DNA of 32,407 nt from a virus (taxonomy: Duplodnaviria > Caudoviricetes), in the IMG/VR virus record IMGVR_UViG_3300032218_001253, positions 1 to 32,407 of that record, one strand, 5' to 3'. The translations under genes and the position numbers were made by a program. How positions within the stretch are numbered: position 1 is the stretch's first letter; every line of letters starts with the position of its first letter. Below the pieces are notes generated by a model that did no database searches, was not told where the DNA came from, and saw only the letters and a program-made list of their open reading frames with translations. Positions 30,601-32,407 of this stretch are shown here, piece by piece.

Positions 30601-31854
30601 TTGAACGGGCAGATATTCTATGTACGTAAAGTAACTCCAACTACTTACGAGCTATATCAAAATTCATATAGTTCAAGTTTTGGATATGTGAATGTCCCAC
30701 AGACCGTAGCAAGCAAATTCACTAGTGCAGGTTATACATGGAAATACGGATCAATAAGATTAAAGACTGCTACAATAAGCCAATCTTATAACGTAAGCCC
30801 AACATTTGCTGTAAGCACATTAGTAGTTGATAGCACAACTAATCTAGTTCAAGGAACTCCTATATATCTATCAACTACTACTAATAAAAACGGTGATAGT
30901 CTTATCGGTGGGCTAAAACAAGGCACCGTATATTATATAAAAACCATATACAGCGAAACAGAATTTAGTGTATCAGCTACACAATATGGGGATAGTATAG
31001 TATTAACTGATCAAACTGCAACTATTATATTGACACAGTTCAGTCAACAGTATGTGGATAGATTATATATTACTATCAATGGTAAGCGTGTACCGTCGAG
31101 CAGCTTGAGAATCTATGATTACAATGAATTAGGAATACTCACTACGGTTAGTAGCTCTGATACAGTTATCATGACCAATATGATACCTACATCAACACCA
31201 AATCAAGGAACATATATCAATATAGTCGATGAGCGAGGAAATCCAACTATTCTCTGTGTACCAGCAGAAGCAAGAACTTTTGTCACATATGACTTGTATC
31301 CATTAAGCACTGAATTAAAAATCGATGATGTCACTGCTGTAGTGAATAGTATATCTTTGACAGCAACAGCTAGCTTAACCGATGGTTACTTTGTAGTAGG
31401 ATTGAAAGGCAACAAGCAGTATATAACCGGTGTTCGTATAAAGAATGTGTCAACAGGTCTTTACATAGACAGATCACAATATCAAATACTATTACAAGAC
31501 AATTATCCTACGGTTCGTATAGATCCTGGTTCATATATATCTGTTAATGATATTCTTGATATAACAGTATTCGAAGGTAACAAAATCTACGTAGACGGAG
31601 AGATCATAGAATTTAACGAGGTTGACTATGAGAATAATAAACTCTTAGATATACGCAGGGGTGCTGAAGGTACTGGAGCTAAGAACGTGATCAGGAAATA
31701 TAGTGAGGTATTTGGCATGATACCCGAAAATATCCTAGATCCTGTCTACTATAACCAATTATGGAACAGTTTTACATATGATAGTGTAAATGGGGATCCA
31801 TTGCAGATTAGTACTACTGTTCCTGCAAAATTCTTAGATGTGGATAACTCTTAA
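12688..31854 (+). CDS. Giant (6388 aa) mosaic virion structural protein; gp7-position baseplate wedge with adhesin-like domains
   Basis: Uninterrupted 19.2 kb ORF directly after gp6. Contains two 7-repeat beta-propeller-like arrays, more than 12 copies of a ~60 aa YY[VI] beta module, CBM5/12-like motifs and small beta-sandwich repeats. Confidence 0.85.
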   Translation: MARIRTINFLPEIFQTPFNKQVLGATLDQLVNQPNLQKIQGYIGSRFGYGINSNDSYVPEFDKIRTDYQLEPGVVFTKPDQSVAKDFISYPGILDAIKNKSNIDQNQSDLFTSEFYSWNSFVDLDKLVNYSEYYWLPDGPPVVTIAASYVYKDLVYIVSSLPNSYDIRLSTSNSGSNNPTLTLLRGGSYEFQVSQDSQFWIQAEPGVSGYTIKQPNIPTREIFGVENNGANQGSVIFSVPAADAQNEYDFPVNNIVDLVCTTPFNQIEGKRLSEIGNIDGVTGLEGLRVVFYDTGILDEIGYYNTFFDEKQYDTNDALFGQQTATLTIGSTFAYPGSWDENSPATQSWDENSPLEVDWDMDSGYLRVSSGTTSSLKVNSSVTFTGSTFGNIISGKVYYIRSIINSTDFTISESLSGPPVSLITATGTMTATIGEGLYEDGKYTTVNNNYYKITYVNYSSDPVIRLIPDGTININEKITPTLGVVYNNRPLYKDVNGNISLIPYISAPLTTLYYQDGTNPDKVGIIKIIESNTNDVLDVETDILGKKYYNSPNGIKFTNGLKVNFDGDVVPTSYLSGQYYVEGVGKSIELIPVSDLIAPEKFTQGEYNTFDGTGWDVLNWELSLYIPVDKDYITIARNSLSKNAWARSNRWFHLDVIKNTASYNLNPDTLNLASGDNKAKRPIIEFYPNLKLFNSGSTSRKPIDFFDFKNTNALDSVPNSLVYYPDTEVYSDNTGTINSVSNGTSTTLTIPKSSVTGTLLSYMYIGDNFKVLPNNSQVTDISDDDTTYTLTITWAGNHTLSTTHNVSIVADIIPVNNYNLFPGSRIVFAVDSNSEVRNKIYQAEYSTLTVGGDSVITLTVAGDGVLENGVELFALRGYNNQGKSYYYDGTEWLEAQEKNTVNQAPLFDIFDDNGMSFSDNDIYTGTSFTGTKLFSYGIGSGTADTVLGFPLRYSNVNNIGDISFDVSFNKDTFNYVQNGNPIVKSINMGYVHNFTSLTTYERLLGWEKAIAPSIQYQIFDFDFDVDNPSLAYTCDIMALPSVQDSWPSVKVFYNNVYKEEGIDYTYTTTDSSTVLNLITTPTESTKIQVLINSDQISNVAYYQVPWNLSKNPLNGDLQDINIGDVRIHYQDIFINSPITTGTIFGDNNYRDCGDLNQYGSVIVQNSASLALPGIFLRYQDYSLVDALLYNSREYTKYKQNIVYTVQNTSYEQTFTPSKILDDALEQITSSKNQINSFFWSDMLPGKSPYISNTYTFNNNLDHTRYTLSKIYDFNYASYDGILVYLLRNGYEYLLVRNKDYTIDDMSAHVILTIPLLNQDQIVVKEYNQTYGSYVPNTPTKLGLYPAFEPKVVLDNNYLVPTYFIVGHDGSYTKLYGEYDEANEVLIDFRDQALLEFERRVYNNIKLSTPIPIREYDVVPGYFRNNTKSLSYDTFKELYTPSFLDWIGQNRLDYKSQYFSKTNEFTYNYSNSSNKLDNNPIPSGYWRGVYQYFYDTTAPNVTPWEMLGFSIKPTWWDDRYGPAPYTSENLILWNDLELGYVYNDGNPYTISKLARPGLTKIIPVDTNGNLVSPFVSIVGNYQMKSFQSDWMVGDMGPVELSYRRSSTWPFDLVRLFAITKPAELYNLAVDFDNYKYNTEFDQYLYNDISHLRLDQIEVYGDGTPATSYINWIVDYVKQHGIDATAQITSLLKNIDVRLIYRLGGFSDKTLVNFFVEKANPTTNTNSLLIPNESLNILLYDNVPSDKINYSSVIVQQNDGYFTVYGNSQKFAYFETVTPIFNGKYTNLTVVDETVKLANDYSNLKQLVPYGTKFYNVQDVCQFLMNYGNSLIKKGMVFDKSLNGLVIDWQQMVLELMYWSQQGWEAGSIVNLNPAATDLTINNANKVVQPLTIKNQNYILNQNLYPVELKDLCVDRDDTKFHVHTLNQGDSLAYGQFDLSSIEHGIVFDNTTLFNDVIYNLITGLKQDRMVVRGSRTADWNGTVNALGFILSQDNIKDWSNSEKYTKGQIVTYKNKYYVAQRIIAPSNDFQSLYWKEIQYSDIQIGMLANPANRAYESTLYYDIHQANLHQDADLLSFSLIGYRPRDYLTLIDLSDISQVQVYQNLIRNKGTNNAIDMFVGAKLPQGPIDYKTYENWAIQTGSFGGLLNENFVEFRINQALMTGDPSIVSLLDSVKTEGSMQEVPIWQLYNYNTKIDSANILTTLDGYPEQVLYPSAGFVNYGDVKMASYFYSGLPFAVDTYNKTVPINKFYVGEYMWLANFKERWEVFGWKSIGQVFTVKNNANQTATITFDRDHNLIKNDPVAIANFSITVDGYYIVTDVVNLREVIINLNITNPNNNNVLQGKGLGFSFQSHRVSNPADIANMDLIENDFIKNRVWVDNNVDGNWAVYEKSINFNKIAELKNSNLTTFGTSVAYTDNAGYFVGDASAGEVYRYKYDSNTNTFIPVETLTGSTSFGTSIAHANNFYAISQPTTSPRVNIYVLNNSVLTNQLTSVVQAITALDGSTDWGDKITFSDDGNFLFISALDLGKVYVYQKQNIDINAGHFNIGDVYTIKTVGDTDFIAIGAIDNKVGITFVATGIGSGTGVATLNTYIHSNTITGSSSDRYGNSISTSYRGNRLLVGSPYYDGTVTNWGKADLYLRSEQNFIAPYNSVSYQKFNFDLAWTPNNIAGVTGSAVSSNAITLSSVTNITVNTPIMFIGNTGSYNDFKNSGINPLVVYYVQSVVGSTIKLKSSRNNNAVLTFTNATSLNFTAYAQTNQMFVYVNGYSVQDNNYGVANNRFYWLSDLNAGDIVSISDNYFYKVQTFNSDYNDRIDINFGISVDMNTSGNDIVVGSPFEVNDNNVEGAVYSFVNGGAKYGTIIGTSACNITTNRTILLNGYSLTLTPGNASSVATQINSNNLINIQAMATSDNKLVIELIDKSLSPANEMLSLTVFGDSVLTELGINLFTKTQVITTPHAVGRTAFGTNVKINNRNSLLISAPTSTRYEGTFFDFIDDENFDNDTLFDNNATQFVDTYENAGSVFLFEYLANYQESLNNPGKYVYAQNVNDDTLDYGNNPNYGNSLEFVDNKIMIGYQNFDTVSTGGKVLVFVSPNSMTDWVEYRKPVNIVDTSKINNVQLFSAKTNQTLSSLDYVDPLQNKLLGIARENIDYVSATDPANYNVNYLPQSGMLWGAEHVGKIWFDTNNVRWFNYHQNDLVYNSRHWGQVFPGSDVAVYTWVESDVTPNNYQGPGTVYDENQYNINSMLNSSGIVVPTYYFWVRNTNTIYSNKGKTLSDNIIEGYITNPNNSGVPLVAFLLPNTFSMYNCGSFFDGIDTIFHIGYNNNIGEDVSHNEYSLIRENFADDFLPGFPLKNINAVGNPTSLYSKFLDSLSGCDTNGQVVPNPFLPENTRQGILNTPRQSFFYNRNLALKNYLDYCNSILKQYPIIESREELSFLFVKDDFYDTTTYWQYINWWADGYDDSTKTSVQVSVYADLASLDNTKEGTLAKVEKNGSGKFEVYRNDGNGVWTRVGLENGTLKFNSYLYDFVTAKIGYSGNFFDTDPYDSFPSSETRNILRALNEQIFIQDFLVYRNKSLILLFNYIQSETIESENYLPWLTKTSMVDVSHTVRELKSYQIYKNDDQTFLNNFINEAKPYHVVIKDFLFKYTGIEKYDGNFTDFDIPARYNQKYGKFISPQMTYAEYPNNENEYTYTNSLWQTDLYKEWYENYGLSLGNPVYSNGTIINYVGQPNYHITTLKSYLTLGTRSLYVDNASGFPTTGVIKIDDEYIGYSTVDRDNNILSGLSRGLNSTDISNHYPNTPIYIDLPAALLLYGGRLYNNPPKITANIDTSIFPAPKVEASFTPIMALDVVTDIKITNPGKGYAVTPELIIEPALSITFDNTMIISKLNNLRLYAPDLRSGDLVQFKNVDGAGVGNLKDGGWYYVGVLETTPATIIALYNNYVDSVSGTIHGIPIYDIGTSTGMTLNLGARAIAIPQATPVRENIMRLRYDRTSYQSHISDWEKGSFYGAFYAGSYHNTDKQASTHITLESTSPDINSIRASSNDVVFEIVDAVDEKTLVWSSYNRVVSKTLITDNIIRLAPQDGNNPDLSQMELNASGTTIGFYKNMPVKFEGTACDSNISIGTTYYVHSIINEVDFTISTSIDGSVLSLTGGIATIPMTCITGAYDGKVVLTANYPNLLQATEAKSDINSITIPLSLIGTGGTTTFTPRTILWFTATNPGESMFGNLIENQVYYVNTIIDEETFTLSQIDINVATNIQDRPFTDTVVTPLYKANVTQTISLGNAIVLDSAVEFTEKNPVIFTGTTFGNIVSGKLYYVLQKLSPTQITISENINGNVLVVTDDTGSCVANNQKNAVKLSTSTGTMTANVSLPVSPGQVNGQAFEFYKTSNLIPNIGSTTYTITDTLHKNVYAAITGVNRLALDDTSWLYKNMPVQLRTSIGGLSSSTTYYVKDYTGGADPADSSKTLGPITVICDSTSSTGNKIHCNTDYNTSSLYLGMPIVFSGVGLGNIVVDEAYVVYSIIDSKNFTISTDGSTVVVLKNDTGVMTGTGIPYITLSSTPNGSTLAITSTAVVTNPIKLDQTILTYPVFTLSYILGGYRAIITNGGSGFAITNQIVIPGTVLGGKNTTNDITLEVNTIDSSGSITDVIVSGVVPIPTQTYYLKIRGNKQFEVYLDKALSVPVKFDDFTYTGFASTLATAVTASNDRITVSDSSIFNLYDPVVFTGDIFSSDINIAQTYYVKSIVSGTAITISTVPNGTTLNISSDASGSMNIAKSGSYMFLPEPFFFSASIIRFNNRLYNCLVSNNDNEFVIGKWELIDSGDPRINAMDRVIGYYQPTRNMPGRDLTQLYDGVTYPNSIYKGNSFSPSLQYDLDTKLKDLEFYPTNVELTSVVYNNGYYASANLLNYSAIVYSMDGVNWIDAKLATSNINFTDMLYANGVYLITSTNPFTPIYRSNNGMDWSTNGSFTPWGSVAWDTENYDSTSLSIAQLSLEAVTYFNGLYIAVGDSIIYSLDTYDWVETKTYPVNKNFQLYDIAPASTSNFTGVVAVGIGSVSVVTNDITITNPTNLITYSYDGKNYNDLNPITDYELYTVASSDTLIIAAGESGIIYSSSDAINWQGHNEFFVSSFNPTNGIMNISPVLISVGTPLTFSQPFSSIDTTTTYYVKSILSDTLITISLTDGGSVYTGSVNAGSFIIGSPYTIQSLGTTNWNSIGYIGTPAVGGTFNATGVGSGTGTAYAISNVLPGTKGYGYDNLSIWSITYNNNVWVLVGEQGKIQTSTDGTTWITRTSNTLESLNNVTYVSSLDQFVVVGDNNTILVSNDNGVTWDDVSLFSVNPAKHVVKGDEFKYGYGPEELVPGLIRDNMMMTVRTRPGVNWDSAVYQHTGFTAVSKEFTPITDLQKVYNFDGITQYPARVIVQKIDSTSGLGTTLYEGIDYTVEWVYKNITLTTPLTLTPLEKLRVDVYEVGNGNQLTSSNTDIDPIRVNTVTGFNEIYTNCNFTGTIFQGSGVVQPNTYESSVLATQTESISNRITLDNVAGLTIGAPITFSGIVFGSIISNTTYYIKTVSNATNTITVSVTYDVDTGTSGPTVPLTDGTGTMYLNLSIGSEIPWTAPIIYNNGVKLVQGYSSNIIETISGSNYIITDSTAGMVPNCKIIFSNTAFGNLNPLTTYYVKTIVNFKTFTVSATPGGSEVSLADALGVATYITFDYSFGIQSNGINATIIFASNTLTNDSNYLNYTLFGETTPTQYGYSIPETQMFTGDGSTTVFTLTNNVGGTNNTNGIVEINGLRQTSTAYTINFITNKLTFTSAPATNSKIAVTTFNDTNQQYLHTQYGDTISVSKITYVNNTVSPAIAVGQATGTSSTNNQITVNSTTNFVAGQRIEFKGTSFGNVATDGTVYYIKQVVDSTHITIQDYLGNQIVLNTAVGFMSVTVGGLPAVIITVNSDPTWTNNTKIRIDGLGGSTELNGQIFYVRKVTPTTYELYQNSYSSSFGYVNVPQTVASKFTSAGYTWKYGSIRLKTATISQSYNVSPTFAVSTLVVDSTTNLVQGTPIYLSTTTNKNGDSLIGGLKQGTVYYIKTIYSETEFSVSATQYGDSIVLTDQTATIILTQFSQQYVDRLYITINGKRVPSSSLRIYDYNELGILTTVSSSDTVIMTNMIPTSTPNQGTYINIVDERGNPTILCVPAEARTFVTYDLYPLSTELKIDDVTAVVNSISLTATASLTDGYFVVGLKGNKQYITGVRIKNVSTGLYIDRSQYQILLQDNYPTVRIDPGSYISVNDILDITVFEGNKIYVDGEIIEFNEVDYENNKLLDIRRGAEGTGAKNVIRKYSEVFGMIPENILDPVYYNQLWNSFTYDSVNGDPLQISTTVPAKFLDVDNS
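13699..13764 (+). repeat. 30-nt-period in-frame repeat encoding WDENSP / WDENSP / WD
   Basis: tgggatgagaacagtccg at 13699, tgggatgaaaacagtccg at 13729, tgggat at 13759. Confidence 0.85.
19909..21960 (+). other. Seven FG-GAP/integrin-alpha-like propeller blades within the giant protein
   Basis: Blades begin FGTSVA, FGTSIA, WGDKIT, YGNSIS, FGISVD, FGTNVK and YGNSLE, several followed by [LI]VGSP/ISAP and G.VY.[FY]. Confidence 0.7.
27361..28680 (+). other. Seven Asp-box/BNR-like propeller blades within the giant protein
   Basis: SMDGVNW, SNNGMDW, SLDTYDW, SYDGKNY, SSDAINW, STDGTTW and SNDNGVTW. Confidence 0.72.
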
Positions 31855-31856
31855 AT

Positions 31857-31864
31857 GATAAATA
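31857..31864 (+). promoter_or_regulatory. T4-type late promoter-like motif GATAAATA
   Basis: Fills the 15-nt gap after the giant gene; ATGATAAATA is identical to the site at 9262-9271. Confidence 0.68.
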
Positions 31865-31869
31865 ATGAG

Positions 31870-32019
31870 ATGAATACAAATAAGTCAACAACTGATGCTG
31901 AAAAGCCTGAAATCAAGAAAAAACCTGACGAGAATTCGGGGGTTTACTTTTCGTCCAGCGTTAAGATTTATGATCCTGAAACAAATGAAGTATTCGTTCA
32001 GAAACGAGGGGACGATTAA
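31870..32019 (+). CDS. 49 aa micro-protein (absent from the ORF track)
   Basis: Translates as MNTNKSTTDAEKPEIKKKPDENSGVYFSSSVKIYDPETNEVFVQKRGDD*; fills the gap exactly and its TAA overlaps the next ATG (TAATG). Confidence 0.8.
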   Translation: MNTNKSTTDAEKPEIKKKPDENSGVYFSSSVKIYDPETNEVFVQKRGDD

Positions 32020-32407
32020 TGTCTGTGATTACACTTTCATATAAGATAGAAGGTTTCGTTAAAATCTACGATCCAAACTCAGGAGAGATTTTCGTAGATA
32101 AAAAGAATGCGATCAACTACGAAAATATTTCAGAATCTCTTGCTAATACATTGAGCAGCCGTAACTATGGTGAAATTTTTCAGATGGCTTTTGGAAACGG
32201 AGCAAGCAGTGTAGACGAGACAGGAATCATAACATATCTGCCTCCTAATACTATTGGGCAGAATGCAGCATTATATAATCAAACTTATGCAAAGATTGTA
32301 GATGATACTAGCGTGTTCAATCTTGATCCTACACGAAACAAGATGACCGTATATCATACAACTGGTAACTTTTATTCAGATATATTGGTTCAGTGTTTAT
32401 TAGATTA
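32019..32407 (+). CDS. 3'-truncated phage structural protein, probable baseplate/tail-fibre attachment protein
   Basis: Open to the window end: MSVITLSYKIEGFVKIYDPNSGEIFVDKKNAINYENISESLA...QMAFGNGASSVDETG...; GAGGGG SD upstream. The N.I...MAFGNG pattern recalls tail-collar/fibre N-terminal domains (tentative). Confidence 0.75.
   Translation, partial: MSVITLSYKIEGFVKIYDPNSGEIFVDKKNAINYENISESLANTLSSRNYGEIFQMAFGNGASSVDETGIITYLPPNTIGQNAALYNQTYAKIVDDTSVFNLDPTRNKMTVYHTTGNFYSDILVQCLLD

Noticed and set aside
12688-31854. Diversity-generating retroelement target or stop-codon recoding
   Set aside because: No near-identical DNA repeat pair differing at adenines and no reverse transcriptase in the window; genes are intact and tightly packed in the standard code.
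31865-31873. ATG at 31865
   Set aside because: Reads ATG AGA TGA (2 codons); the coding start is 31870.

Overview
An AT-rich, entirely + strand late structural operon from a large contractile-tailed (myovirus-type) dsDNA phage, distantly T4-like and read in the standard genetic code. Gene order: 5'-truncated baseplate/tail-tube-initiator-like gene; a two-gene cassette of unknown function (Ala/Gly-rich long-beta-hairpin plus coiled-coil protein, then a small single-TM protein); gp53-like wedge; putative hub; gp5/VgrG-like spike with an ~830 aa extension; gp25; gp6; a 6388 aa mosaic baseplate/adhesin protein; a 49 aa micro-ORF missed by the ORF track; and a 3'-truncated structural gene. Best leads: (1) the cassette at 777-2212, chained to gp53 by overlapping stop/start codons; (2) ATAAATA late-promoter-like motifs embedded in hairpins that cover the downstream ribosome-binding sites; (3) nested 'Russian-doll' domain insertion in the giant protein; (4) the micro-protein that copies the N-terminal motif of its downstream neighbour; (5) an apparently dead muramidase-like domain and Gly-rich tail on the spike. 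All family assignments come from motif recognition by eye, with no database search, and coordinates of domains within genes are approximate. No tRNA, rRNA, CRISPR array, integrase or transposase was seen.
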